64,000 bases of DNA. It comes from Eledone cirrhosa (lineage: Eukaryota). Below are positions 1 to 14,536 of the stretch, in pieces. Where the stretch lies: contig OZ024742.1 of the NCBI GenBank assembly GCA_964016885.1, forward strand, positions 185,380,001 through 185,444,000, written 5' to 3'. Numbering within the stretch: position 1 is the first letter of the stretch; every line of letters begins with the position of its first letter. The position numbers were made by a program, and so were the translations under genes. The notes beneath the pieces were generated by a model, which was not told the DNA's origin, ran no database searches, and saw only the letters and a list, made by a program, of their open reading frames with translations.

Positions 1-57
<57 letters not shown>

Positions 58-60
58 GTA

Positions 61-299
<239 letters not shown>

Positions 300-318
300 A
301 CTATATATATATATATAT

Positions 319-520
319 AGTGAAGGCGTGTGGCTGAGTGGTGAGAGAGTTGGATTCACAATCGTGAGGTTATGAGTTCGATTCCCGGACCGGGCAATGC
401 GTTATGTCCTTGAGCAAGATACTTTATTTCACGTTGTTCTTTCTACCCGGAGTTGCGACCGATAGATAGTATTAGCAATTGGAAAGACCAATGGAAACAT
501 TGTTTCCTCGGTCCGATTTG
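319..520 (+). mobile_element. tRNA-derived CORE-SINE (degenerate)
   Basis: A-box TGGCTGAGTGG, B-box GAGTTCGATTCC, then CORE-like GTCCTTGAGCAAGATACTTTATTTCAC. Related copies at ~18279, 56578 and 59174. Confidence 0.75.
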
Positions 521-684
521 ACGAAAGTCGATCGTAAAATATTATATATATATATGCAAAAATATATATAATTAGAAGTTAGTAAATTCGAAGTTGGGGC
601 GGTCGGCCAACATCCACGAAAAAACAAATCGGAGCTTGCACAAACCACTCAATAAAATGTATCGATAAATCGATATATATATAC

Positions 685-745
<61 letters not shown>

Positions 746-749
746 GAGA

Positions 750-802
750 GAGATTCCTGATGATTTCTAATGAATGAAACAGTTCTAGTCCTGTAGAATC
801 TC
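750..802 (+). ncRNA. Minimal type I hammerhead ribozyme (family HH1) at the start of a ~135-bp insert (750-885) in (TA)n
   Basis: GAGAUUC-CUGAUGA-uuucuaaugaau-GAAA-CAG(uucuaguc)CUG-UA-GAAUCUC: stems I and III pair, GUA cleavage triplet, CUAG palindrome in loop III. Confidence 0.85.
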
Positions 803-884
803 TTCTATATTAAAAACTGTTATACTCTGCTATGTATTGAGTACCTTACTTACTGTGGTTACCTCCGATTCAACCCGGAATAAC

Positions 885-913
<29 letters not shown>

Positions 914-917
<4 letters not shown>

Positions 918-1696
918 AAAATGGAGTGCTGCGTGGTTGCAAATGGGTTACATATGAATAAAATTAGTCCTTCATCAGTGATCTTCCAACTTTCATTGGT
1001 ATTTCATCGCTTTAAAAAATCATATACCTTTGGTTGGTGCGAGCAATAACTAAATAAAGCTATTGGGACAAGTAAAATAGGGTCAAACGAGCGAGACATG
1101 TAAACAAACAACGATGGTATTGCAACGGAAATATAGGAAGAGACAAGTACATGATATCTGTAAGCTTAAGCTTGATGAATTCATGGACGAGAGATACAGA
1201 CCATCCGATATGGGTGATATGTGAGCGAGAAAAGGATTTCACACAGGTCAAAACGGGAGGAAGTGAGAGAGGGGGAGAAGCAGTGAGTGTGTGGAAGTGT
1301 GAGGAAGAGGCAGAGGGGGTAAAAAGAAGGTGAGAGATACACAGAGAGGGGAAGCAGTAAGAAAGAAACAGGCAATCGCAGCTGAGGATATATATATATA
1401 GTCCATTCGTGTTCGTTAAATGGTAGTTGTTTCCCAATTGTCAACTAACACTGTGTACCTAGGTTTTAACACTCATCATAGTAGGTTTATGTACGACAGA
1501 GTTTTTGTATAAGAATGAAGAATAAGGAGGCATTCTGGAATCTTGTATCATTTTATCATTTACGTCATTGCTATTATACGCAAAGGTAATTGCTGGAGAG
1601 TCAAGTTTGATTGACGTGGTGGTGGTGAGGGGTGCTACCACAGACTATAGGGTATATAGTTACGAATTTCCTTGTGGTTATGTAAAAGGTGACAAC
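914..1696 (-). mobile_element. 5'-truncated (TA)n-inserted element, family B (probable PLE 3' region)
   Basis: 914-1125 is homologous to both arms of 31657-32062; it ends in (TA)n and has no intact ORF. Confidence 0.5.
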
Positions 1697-1739
1697 GTCG
1701 AAACGGCTTGAGCTCTGCCGTCGGGGTCATACTTGTTCC
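1697..1739 (+). mobile_element. Family C fragment: hammerhead 3' half
   Basis: GAAACGGC(uugagcucu)GCCGUC-GGGGUCAU followed by (TA)n. Confidence 0.7.
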
Positions 1740-1814
1740 ATATATATATATTTATATATTATAAAATAACAGGAGGCTGGACTGGTGTAAATCCTTAAAA
1801 GATTTATTATACTA

Positions 1815-1888
1815 TGGGTGGTCAAGTATGAAATTTGTAGAAAATTTTTTTCTACAAATTTCTACAAATTTCATACTTGACTACTCAA
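1815..1888. mobile_element. ~75-bp palindromic mariner-type MITE
   Basis: TIR TGGGTGGTCAAGTATGAAATTTGTAG / CTACAAATTTCATACTTGACTACTCAA with TA flanks; same family at 13968 and 15950. Confidence 0.75.
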
Positions 1889-1966
1889 TATGTATGTATA
1901 TATATATATATATATACTATATATATATATATACATATATATATACATATATATATACACACACAC

Positions 1967-2163
<197 letters not shown>

Positions 2164-2184
2164 CACACATATATATATATATAC

Positions 2185-2269
<85 letters not shown>

Positions 2270-2324
2270 TACACAAATAATGAATAAAACAATGAAACAG
2301 TTCCTTATATTAAACAAAAAAACT

Positions 2325-2473
2325 TCATTATTTAACGATCGTTTCTAGGATATATATGTGTTAGAATTGGCATGCATATTCAACAGATCTATGTACAAAA
2401 TTATACAAAATTATACAAACTATCAAGATTAAATATACATACCAAACACATATGCCGTCTTCAGAAATAATGA
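2325..2473 (-). ncRNA. Hammerhead ribozyme in the inverted pLTR
   Basis: Reverse complement of 8456-8608. Confidence 0.8.
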
Positions 2474-2572
2474 AATATATTTATTGATAATAACAACAAT
2501 TCAAAATTTCAGGTCCGTTTGGGAACGGAGTTCAAAATTGACCAATGAAAATACAAAAAGTTTTATACAAGC

Positions 2573-4868
2573 AGATCGGAAATATATGTATGATTTCAAT
2601 ACTTACAAGAATCCACCACACAACTTTTTACTTGAAGACTTCGAGAAAGACCTTTTTAATTTAATTAAACACCTCAAATTTAAAAAGTATAAATCCGTCT
2701 TTCAAAAGGACCTTGATTCTACCCTATTGGACCTAAAAAAGTCTAAAAAAATCCATGTCCACTCGGACAAAACTGGTAACTTGTATCACATGGATATTGA
2801 ACATTATAATGAGTTCATATATAAAGAACTCAGAAAAAATTATAAAAAATCTAATAATGCGTCACTCACCAACATCAACAACAAAACACACAACATAGTA
2901 AAAAAACTAAACATTGAAGATAGAACTGAACCTTTGGCATTGAAAAGACCACACTTCAACCTGAAGGATCATAAATCAAACTTTAACTCAAATCCTTCTA
3001 TAAGACTTATATGTCCCTCCAAATCAGATATTGGAATAATTAGCAAAAACATTTTGGATAGAGTCATCCCACAAATAAGAAAACACGTTATTTTACCACT
3101 CTGGGAAAACACCTCCCAGGTAATTAACTGGTTTAAAAATATTAGATGTAAATCTTCTGCTTCATTTCTACAATTTGATATAGATAATTACTATTCTTCT
3201 ATATCACCTATACTCCTGAACAAAGCATTGATATTTGCTAAAAATAGATCTAACTTAACTTTGGATGACATTAATATTATTACACATGCTAGACTAACAC
3301 TTATTGAATTTCAGAATGAATACTGGACCAGAAACACATATAGTAATCTATTTGATATTACTATGGGTTCAAGCGATTCCGCCCAAATTACTGATCTTGT
3401 GGGCCTCTTTCTCCTTTTCAACATAAATGCCTCCTTTCCCCACCTTAAAGGTGGTTTATATCGTGATGACTGTCTTCTTCTTTCTAACAACCTTAGCCTT
3501 TCAGAAATAGAAAAAAACAAAAAAACATATTAGAACTTTCCTTAAAGACTATTATAATCTTCATATTACTTTTGAAAAAACAAGTAGAGTAGTAAATTTC
3601 CTAGATATAACTTTAGATTTAGCTACGGGTATCTACCAACCTTACCATAAACCAAACCAAAACTTACATTACATACACTCACAATCTAATCACCCTAAAT
3701 CTATCCTTAAAAACCTTGCATATAATATATCACTTAGAATTTCTAAACCTTTCTTCTAACCAAGATGTATTTGATAAAAATGCGACCTTCTATAACGAAG
3801 CTCTAGATAGAAGTGGCCACAAAAATAGATTAGAATATATACCTTCTACTAAAAATACTAAAAGCATACAACCTAATATTACCAACAAACACCAAATGAA
3901 AAGTACACACCTAAATGCCACCCACACTATACCCCAAAATACCAAATCTTCTAATATAAAAATATAGTAACTCTCAAAAAACTACTCATCATACAACTCT
4001 AATAAATATTAATAATAAAACTCCTAATAAAAAAGATAAAACACCTAAATCTACAAATATAACTAAAAATGGTTGTGGTGAGATCATTAACATTAATCCT
4101 CCTAGTAAACATCACGATACAACCTATAAAAATAATAAAAATAATAAACAACATAGAAACCGTAATAGACGGGTTACTTGGTATAATGCTCCATTTAATT
4201 TACAAATTAAGGATAATATTGCTAAAAAATTTTTTTATATCCTAGAGAAAAACTTCCCGCCAAACCACAAATACCATCAAATCTTAAATAGGTCTACAGT
4301 TAAATTCTCATACTCAACAATAAATAACATAAAACAAAATATAAGTGCCTATAATGCATATAAATGTAAGAAAACCATAAGTATACCACCAATACATCAA
4401 ATTAACCATAATATCTCCTCAAATACAGAATTAACGAAAGGTTGTAACTGTAGAAACAAAGCAAACTGCCCATTAAAAGGGAATTGTCTTGTTAACAACA
4501 TAGTCTATAAATGTAATGTTAAAACTAAAGATTCTATTTGCTCATATATAGGAGCTACTTCTAACAATTTTAAGACAAGGTTTAATACCCACAAGCATAG
4601 TTTTAAAAATGCCGCACTGGCTAATACAACATCTCTAGCAGAAAAAATCAATAGTTATAAAAATAAGAATATAGAATATGATTTGACCTGGAGTGTGCTC
4701 AAAAGAGCCACCCCTTATCAAAATAATAGAAATGAATGTAGATTATGTTCCCAAGAACTATTTGAAATAATGAAATCTAAGGATATCCTATTAAATAAAC
4801 GACAGGAATTAATTATATCGTGTAATCATAAACTAAAAAAAACATTTAAATATTATAAACCTAATTAA
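2573..4868 (+). pseudogene. PLE RT-GIY-YIG polyprotein with frameshifts (~3520, ~3748, ~3958)
   Basis: Motifs FLQFDIDNYY, ITMGSSDSAQ, GLYRDD, VNFLDITLDL, VTWYNAPFN, CNCRNKANCPLKGNCL, IVYKC..SYIG, CRLCSQE, LLNKRQE..SCNH. The first ~30 aa of the listed ORF 2484 come from the inverted pLTR. Confidence 0.92.
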
Positions 4869-5370
4869 TAACATTATTTTAGAAATTAATATATAATTTA
4901 ATTTAAATGTTAGTTAACCTATAAATTTAATTTAATTAAAATTCTACTACAGATGAGAATATAAAATATTGTGTAATCATAAATTGTGAAAAACCTTTAA
5001 ATATTACTAATATATACTTAGTAATTTAATTTATAGATTAATTTTAATTTATTTAACCCTTTATTAAAATTCCTTTACAGATAAAATATAACAAAATATC
5101 GTGTATCCAATGACAGAGAAATAATTTTTAGTATTATAGACCTAATTAATATACATTTTAGAAATATATTTATAATTTGGTTTTAAATTTAGTCAACCTA
5201 AAAATTTAATTTAATTGGCTTAAAATTAGTATCCTAATACAGACGGATTGCAGAGTGTCATGTAATCATAGAATGGGATGTGTTTTGGATGTATACCTAG
5301 TTAATATATTCTTTGCAATTTTTGAAAAAATATGTATATGTATGTATGTATATGTATGTGTATGTATGTA

Positions 5371-5401
<31 letters not shown>

Positions 5402-7037
5402 GTGTATGTATATGTATATGTATATGTATTAATTTTGATTTCTATTTGCATATAATTATATTCTGCTATTGATAAAATACAATATCTGTTTTATTTATTA
5501 TATACCTAATTAACATATACTATAGAAATTAATATATAATTTTTAATTTAGTTAACCTATAATTTATATTCTACTACCGATGTAATACTTTATTTGTTTT
5601 TTCCCTATTACTAAATTCATTTCCTAATATTGATACCATAACGTTAATAACTTTAATTTAGTTATACTATAATTAATACTCTACTACTATTTAACTTCAA
5701 AATTCTGCTTCAAATATTATAAACCTAACTAATTTACACCTTAGAAATCAATATGTTAACTATCTTTAGTTTAGTTAACATATAATTAATGGTATACTTA
5801 TTTTGAAATGCATAATTTTGCCTTATTTCTTGCATTTCCTAACACTGAAACTATGTAAAAACATATATTGAGATCCAAATACAGATTAATATTCTATGTT
5901 TCTTGAAACATATATTTACTATAATCCCCTTCTCCACCACCCCCCTTTCCCCCATACTATTATCATCTGTGTTTGTAAGCGTGTATGTATGAATATATAT
6001 GTAGGTAGGTGTATACTCAGATATAAACACCCAAACATATGTTTGGGTGTTTATATCTGAGTATAAAAATACATATATGCGCATGCAAATAAGAATGTAT
6101 GATTGTGTGTATATATATATGTATATATATATATATGTGTATGTATGCATGTGTATATATATGTGTATATATATATATATATATATGTGTATATGTGTAT
6201 ATGTGTGTGGGCGTGTATGTGTGTATATATATATATATATGTGTGTATGTATGTGTATGTATATATGTGTATGTATATGTATGTCTCTCTATATATATGT
6301 CTATCTTCGTATCTATGTGGGTATATGTGTGTATGTACATGTATGCACATGTATATGTTTATGTGTATATGTGTGTATGTGTATATATGTACGTGTGCGC
6401 ACATATATATGTGAGTGTGTGTGTGTGTGTGTATATATATATATGTATATCTATGTGTGTATATATATATATTCGTATGTGTATATATATATATTATTTA
6501 TTATTATAATATAACTTATGTGTATATGTATATATGTGAAGGTGTGTATGTGTATATATATGTATATATATGTGTAAAAATATATATGTGTATGTGTGTT
6601 TTTGTGTGTGTGTATATATATGTATATATGTGTGTATGTATGTGTCTGTATGTGTGTTTATGGTTGTATGTGTGTGTGGGTATATATATAAATGTATGTG
6701 TATATATATATATATATGTGTATATGTATCTCTATTAATGTGTGTATATATGTATATGTATATACCTTTTTCTTTGTATGTCTGAGTTGTGTGAGAGTGT
6801 AGTGGTGTTTGTATGTATATACGCATATATGGATGCGTATGTATTTGTATATATGCGTATATGTAAGTGCGTATGTGTGTATGAATATATATCTATGTCT
6901 ATGTATGAGTATGTATGTGTGTGTATGTATGTGTGTGTGTATGTATGTATGTGTGTATGTGTGTATATATATATATATATGTGTGTATATGTATGTATGT
7001 ATGTGTATGTATGTACATATATGTGTATGTATATGTG

Positions 7038-7069
<32 letters not shown>

Positions 7070-7266
7070 TATATGTTTATTTTTTATATATATGTGTGTG
7101 TGTGTATGTGTGTGTATATATATCTTTATATATGTGTATGTGTATGTTTGTGTAGGTGTGTGTGTGTGTGTGACTATATATGTATGTGTGTATGTGTGTA
7201 TGTATGTATGTGTATGTGTGTGTACATGTATGTATGTGTATGTATGTATGTGTGTATATGTGTATG

Positions 7267-7301
<35 letters not shown>

Positions 7302-7664
7302 GTATATGTATCTCTATTTGTATGTGTATATGTGTATATGTATATACCTTTTTCTTTGTATGTCTGAGTTGTGTGAGAGTGTAGTGGTGTTTGTATGTAT
7401 ATACCGATATATGGATGCGTAAGTATTTGTATATATGCGTATATATAAGTACGTATGTGTGGGTGAATATATATCTATGTCTATGTATGAGTATGTATGT
7501 GTGTGTATGTATGTGTGTATGTGTGTATGTATATATGTATGTCTGTATGTATATGTGCGTATATATATGTATGTATGTGTATGTCTGTATGTATATAAGT
7601 ATGTATATGTGCGTGTATGTGTATATATATGTGTGTCTATATATTGTGTGTGTATATATGTGTA

Positions 7665-7707
<43 letters not shown>

Positions 7708-8455
7708 ATATGTGTGTATATATATATATGTATATGTTTATATATGTGTGTGTGCGTGTGTTGTATGTGTAGATGAGTGTAATATATATATATGTATAAT
7801 CTATATATATATATATACTTATATATATATATATATCTTTTCTTGATATATTTCTTTTTTCCTTTTTTCTTTTTCTTTTCTTTGTCTTTTATTTCTAAGT
7901 TTATAGATACATCTATAAATAAGCAGTCTGCCCAAACAGTTGAATACTGACCTCTCCCCCCCTCCCACCTAATTTCTGTATCTTGATCTAAATGTGTGTG
8001 GCAGTGTTTATGTGAGTGAATTAATATCCATGTGCTTATGATAATATTATATCCACATATATATGTGTGTGAGGGTGTGTGTGTGTATGTATGTTCGTAA
8101 TTATGTGTATGTTTATGCATATACGCGCGCGTGTGTGTGAGTGTATGGATATGTGTGAGTATGAGAATATGTGTATACACTTATTTCATATTTATGTGTC
8201 TGTACGCATTTTATCTGTGGATTATAAGCTTACAGAGACATTAGCCTTGAATTTTTGTATTTGCATACATCTTTTTGGCATGCGTATGCATGTTGAGCAT
8301 ATATCTTTGTATAAAAATATGTGTACGGGGTTAGTTACATGTATATACACACACCAAACTGCATAAAACTTTTTGTATTTTCATTGGTCAATTTTGAACT
8401 CCGTTCCCAAACGGACCTGAAATTTTGAATTGTTGTTATTATCAATAAATATATT

Positions 8456-8608
8456 TCATTATTTCTGAAGACGGCATATATGTGTGTTTGGTATGTATAT
8501 TTAATCTTGATAGTTTGTATAATTTTGTATAATTTTGTACATAGATCTGTTGAATATGCATGCCAATTCTAACACATATATATCCTAGAAACGATCGTTA
8601 AATAATGA
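8456..8608 (+). ncRNA. Type I hammerhead with ~115-nt stem II (Naiad pLTR)
   Basis: UCAUUAUUU-CUGAAGA-[long hairpin]-GAAA-CGAUCG-UU-AAAUAAUGA; 9-bp stem I; palindromic ACGAUCGU stem III. Confidence 0.85.
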
Positions 8609-8803
8609 ACTTTTTTTGTTTAATATAAGGAACTGTTTCATTGTTTTATTCATTATTTGTTTAATATTTTATCTTGACTCTGTATTCCGTTTATCTTTCA
8701 CCGAAAGTGATTTTTCATTACATCTCTTCTTTCCATGATATCCGAAATACATTGAGTTCTTCATACGGATTGGACACTACCGTAAACTCTTGGTAGATTT
8801 ATC

Positions 8804-8880
<77 letters not shown>

Positions 8881-9024
8881 TGTATATAAGCACCTCAGTT
8901 ACATATTTCTTTGTGGTTGTGTAGAAGATATACATACTTTAGATGAGAGCGGTTCGTGAATCAATTCAAGATATTTTCCATGTTTTCAATATATATATGT
9001 GTGTACATATATATATATATATAT

Positions 9025-10668
9025 ATTTAATACAATAACAGAGATAGTTTAAAGCTAAACTCTGACTGGTAACCATCTCACTCAACAAACATTAGGTTAT
9101 ATTAAAATATAAACCCTATTTAAGTGTTTGGGGTGCTAACAATATGTATAATGTGGAAAAACCAGTTGTATTATTTTATGAGATATAATTAAAGTTAAAG
9201 TATATCTCTCTTTCCAAACAATTGTTTCATTATAAGTTTTCTACAAGTTTGGGAGAATGTTTCCAGTTTATGTAGAAGCCTAATATATATTCATGTAAGA
9301 GTATATTTAGGTGGGCACTTATAAATCATCAGTGGAAGCCCATTAAACATTGAAATAAGAAAACAATTTCTTACCGCTGTCAAAAATCATGTCCGTAAAG
9401 TTGCTCTCTCTCACCTCGAATGACCGCCAAATTTGAAATTCCAGCAGTTTTTGACTGAGGAAGTATCATAGCGACACGAAGCGGGAAGGGGAGACAACCC
9501 ACGATCCACGAAAGGAGGAAAAAAAATAATATACACGCGGGTTAATTAGTTTTTTTGAAAACATTATCAATCCAACGTGTTTAAGAACTCAATTGAAAAT
9601 AAAAAAATAAGTATATGCTTGTATAAATTACACATGCATATAGATATTTTCTTAGGCTAAATCAGAAGTTGTACCCGAATAAGAACCGCTTCTCATAACC
9701 GCAGTAAATGCAGAAAGTTATGCTATAAAGGGCAAATGGGAATATAATTCTCCGGCCGAATTATTAAGAGTAAAATATAAAACACACGCGGGTTACTTAG
9801 TTATTTCAAAACCAATATTAATTCCTCGTGTAAAGAACTCAATTAATAAAAGAAAATAAATACATATATGCATGTAATTATATACGTAGGCATATATATA
9901 TATTTTCCTAGACTAAAAAGCAGAGAAGTTACAACCAAAAAAAGCCACAATATTTCACAACAGTAATAAATACGGAAAGTCAAATTCATAAGGTACCTGG
10001 AAATAAACACCTCTGGCCAATCAAGAGTAAATATTTAATACAATAACAGAGATAGTTTAAAGCTAAACTCTGACTGGTAACCATCTCACTCAACAAACAT
10101 TAGGTTATATTAAAATATAAACCCAATTTAAGTGTTTGGGGTGCTAACAATATGTATAATGTGGAAAAACCAGTTGTATTATTTTATGAGATATAATTAA
10201 AGTTAAAGTATATCTCTCTTTCCAAACAATTGTTTCATTATAAGTTTTCTACAAGTTTGGGAGAATGTTTCCAGTTTATGTAGAAGCCTAATATATATTC
10301 ATGTAAGAGTATATTTAGGTGGGCACTTATAAATCATCAGTGGAAGCCCATTAAACATTGAAATAAGAAAACAATTTCTTACCGCTGTCAAAAATCATGT
10401 CCGTAAAGTTGCTCTCTCTCACCTCGAATGATCGCCAAATTTGAAATTCCAGCAGTTTTTGACTGAGGAAGTATCATAGCGACACGAAGCGGGAAGGGGA
10501 GACAACCCACGATCCACGAAATGAGGAAAAAAAATATAATATACACGCGGGTTAATTAGTTTTTTTGAAAACATTATCAATCCAACGTGTTTAAGAACTC
10601 AATTGAAAATAAAAAAATAAATATATGCTTGTATAAATTACACACGCATATAGATATTTTCTTAGGCT
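9025..10668 (-). mobile_element. Tandem copies (1008-bp period) of a (TA)n-inserted HHR-bearing element
   Basis: 9025-9658 is nearly identical to 10033-10668; internal degenerate ~250-bp repeat (9531-9780 / 9781-10036); homologous to 15010-15535 and 28491-28880. Confidence 0.85.
9212..9337 (-). ncRNA. Hammerhead with branched stem II (second copy at 10220-10345)
   Basis: UUCCA-CUGAUGA-UUUAUAAGU...ACUUAUAAU-GAAA-CAAUUG-UU-UGGAA. Confidence 0.85.
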
Positions 10669-10671
10669 ATA

Positions 10672-10712
<41 letters not shown>

Positions 10713-11055
10713 GCATGTGCATATCACACAAAGGAGCTCTATACACTTTTCCTGTCTCCGGGGGAACTCGAAACTCTTATTTTAATGATTGATTATTATT
10801 ATACTCATTTACATTGGGATGCACACAAACGAATTTATCCTAATGCTTCTTAAGTCAACTGTTGTGTGTTTGTGTACCTGTGTGTACCTGTGTGTGCAGG
10901 GGTGGTGGAAGCATTTCTGAATTGGGGTGGGGGGGAGCGACAAATTTGGTCAATTTAGTTGTAGTGATTAGTTTAGCTGTTGTTATCAAATACCAACCCA
11001 AGATATAAAAAGTAATTCGATATGCCATAAACATAACATCTACATAACTGCTGGG

Positions 11056-11274
11056 CAGGCATGTCAAATTCAGGGCCCCCCGAGGGGCACATGGGTGACA
11101 TGTGTGTTATTTGAGGGCCACACATGACAACTAATTGCGCACATTATAGCATATTTTTTTAATTTTATATTACGAAGATAAAACATGCTCGCTCTGTAAA
11201 AACTGTTGTGCGGGCCGCAGGTGTGATAGTAAAACGCCGTGTGCGGCCCGCGGGCCGCATATTTGACATGCCTG
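11056..11274. mobile_element. hAT/Charlie-like MITE
   Basis: TIR CAGGCATGTCAAA / TTTGACATGCCTG and subterminal GCGGCCCGCGGGCCGC; no clear TSD. Confidence 0.7.
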
Positions 11275-11596
11275 CTGTAGTACATATACAAATAGATGTG
11301 TGTTTTGGTTGTTCGGGTAGAAAAATATAATTATTGGGGAGGGGGAATGGCCCCTTCTGGCCCCCGCAGTTCCACAGCCCTTGGTGTCTGTGTGAGTGTG
11401 CACAAAATATCGGAACTAATTTAAATGTTGACAGTCTTTCACATCACTGTAAGCTGCTACCATGCCATGACTATGTCCCCCACTTATCCCTTTCTAAGGG
11501 GGGGGGGGGGCAATTTGTTCCACTATTTTATAATCAAACTTACATTGAAGCAACTTACAATAAGCTAAGGTTTTTTTAAATGTGTGTGTGTGTGTA

Positions 11597-11631
<35 letters not shown>

Positions 11632-11761
11632 ATATATATATATATATATGTATGTATATGTATGTATATATATGTATGTATATGTATATATATATATACA
11701 TATATGTATGTGTATTTATATATATATGTATGTGTATGTAAATATATATGTATATGTATAT

Positions 11762-11812
<51 letters not shown>

Positions 11813-11828
11813 GGTATGGGTATATGTT

Positions 11829-11868
<40 letters not shown>

Positions 11869-11919
11869 CACACACACACATTTATATACATACATACATA
11901 TATATAAAATATATATATA

Positions 11920-11968
<49 letters not shown>

Positions 11969-11997
11969 CACACACACACATTTATATACATACATAC

Positions 11998-12039
<42 letters not shown>

Positions 12040-12041
12040 AC

Positions 12042-12073
<32 letters not shown>

Positions 12074-12075
12074 AA

Positions 12076-12202
<127 letters not shown>

Positions 12203-12436
12203 AACATATACCCATACCCACATGGCATACATTGTAACGATATTAATTAGCGATTAATTAAAAAGAAAAGTAAAGCCAGTGGTAATGATGGCGCAGGATT
12301 GAATGGAAAAAAACGTTTGGTTGTTCTTAATGAAGAAAGCTATGAGTCACGTCAAGTGATTGTCCTTTTCCCGACCTACTGTGATACTGCTGCTTCGACA
12401 CCAGCTGATGTATTCAGCTAGCTCCAGTCTACTTAT

Positions 12437-12467
<31 letters not shown>

Positions 12468-12668
12468 AGCTGGCGGCGGCGGCGAAGTGGCGGAGATGTT
12501 AGAAAGTCGGATAGAATGGTTTGCCGTGTTTCCTTCTAGCTCTCTCCGGCGGCGGCGGCGGCTCTGCGTTCAAATGGCGCCGAGGTAACTTTGCCTTTCA
12601 CCATTCCCAAAATTGTTAAAATACAATCGATGTCCAGTACGTACTGGGGATGGGATCCATTCTCTCTC

Positions 12669-12718
<50 letters not shown>

Positions 12719-12742
12719 TCGCTCTCTCTCTCTCTCTCTCCT

Positions 12743-12809
<67 letters not shown>

Positions 12810-12918
12810 CCGATTGTGGGGAGAAGTACGGGCTCGATCGCGTTTAAATTCTCCCTCGGCTCCACCCGGTGTTTAGGCCCCATGGATGGATGGATGGATC
12901 TTTATTGGGAGATATAAT

Positions 12919-12969
<51 letters not shown>

Positions 12970-13333
12970 TCTCAGAAGAAGAAGAAGAAGAAGAAATCAA
13001 ACATGTTCAGATATGGAGAGGGATAGGTTCTGCTAGGGTTAAATGCCTACGACATGGTCCCTACATGGATTGATGTATACTTTTTCGAGAGAACCCCTAT
13101 GTGTTGTTGCGTGACCTGCTAGATATAACTGTTAAATCTCCCCCATATCATACTCTGCAAGCTTGTAAAAGAAAGGATATATTCGACGCGTGTGTCTGAG
13201 AGAGAGAGAGGGGAGAGAGAGAGAGAGAGAGGGAGAACAATATGGCGATGAAGCTCTACCAAATTAGATGACAACTGATTGCCGTTTCTAATGATGCTGT
13301 GATTTCGATGTTGAACTATATATATGTGTGCGC

Positions 13334-13401
<68 letters not shown>

Positions 13402-13520
13402 ATTTGTATATAATCGATTCTGATAAGCTTATTATAACAAGAATGGAATGTTCCAGTTCTTCTAACGAAACGGTCGTACATCAATTAAATGATTTTAAAT
13501 CCTTATTAATCTTCATTATT

Positions 13521-13705
13521 GTGGATTGGCAGTATCGGTGGAGGGTCGGGCGACATGCTTTCCAGCATAGTTACGTCTCTTTACGGACTGAGTTCAAATT
13601 CCGCCGATGTTAACTTTGTCTTTCATCCTTACGGGGGTTGATAAAATAAAGTACCAGTAATACACTGAGATAATTGCTGGCCTTGTGCCAAAAATAGAAA
13701 TAATT
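13521..13705 (+). mobile_element. Meta-SINE (tRNA head + Meta domain + ATT tail)
   Basis: TGGCAGTATCGG ... GAGTTCAAAT ... CTTTCATCCTTACGGGG.TGATAAAATAAAGTACCAG; roughly 20 full or partial copies in the window. Confidence 0.85.
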
Positions 13706-13895
13706 ATTTTATTACACACACACGAACACACACATACATATATACATAATACATACATATATATATATGCATACACACACATATATATATATATACCGTA
13801 TATATATATAATATATATATATTTTGTATATAATATGTATATTATATATATATATATATAATATATATATATATTTTGTATATAATATACATATA

Positions 13896-13963
<68 letters not shown>

Positions 13964-13967
13964 CATA

Positions 13968-14048
13968 TTGGGTCGTCAAGTATGAATTTTGTATACATTT
14001 GTTTGTTTTTTCTATAAATTTCTACATATTTCATACTTGACGACTCAA
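13968..14048. mobile_element. 81-bp palindromic mariner-type MITE
   Basis: TA|TTGGGTCGTCAAGTATGAA...TTCATACTTGACGACTCAA|TA. Confidence 0.8.
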
Positions 14049-14447
14049 TATATGTGTGTATATATAATCAAAACGTTAGACAATTTAAGGAATTCTGTAC
14101 GAAGCACATGATATAGGGAAAATAATCAAGATTTGAACATGGACGTAAAATATTTTATATAGACGCATGTTTGCAATATACAACGAAAGGAAATTAGTTC
14201 ATACAAAATAAATTATTATTATTATTATTTTGAATATAGGCAGGTTTCAGAACCAGTCATGATTGTGTAATACAGAAAAGCTATATATAAGTTATTTTAT
14301 TAAAATTTATTTTGTATGAACTAATTTCTTTTCAATGTATATTTTAAACATGCATGTATATATAAAAAAAATAAAATTGGGTGCATCTTTAAATCTTTAT
14401 TTTCTACACACAGACAGACAGACAGAGACACACACACACGCGCACAC

Positions 14448-14536
<89 letters not shown>

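Larger units (their letters stand above)
2264..8806 (+). mobile_element. Naiad-type Penelope-like retroelement, copy 1 (5'-truncated, inverted pLTR at the 5' end)
   Basis: 2264-~2566 is the reverse complement of ~8363-8670; RT + GIY-YIG ORF; flanked by (TA)n on both sides. Confidence 0.92.

Noticed and set aside
1459-1641. Minus ORF possibly encoding a GIY-YIG C-terminus of family B
   Set aside because: No diagnostic motif recognisable; too degenerate to call.
4440-4868. Selenocysteine (in-frame TGA) in the Naiad GIY-YIG region
   Set aside because: Manual reading of both copies shows TGT/TGC at all Cys positions and no in-frame TGA.
13415-13485. CUGAUAA...GAAACGGUCGUA
   Set aside because: Core and stem I are mismatched; probable decayed HHR, not called.
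13521-13705. tRNA genes
   Set aside because: A/B boxes belong to SINE heads; no cloverleaf, and they continue into Meta/CORE domains.
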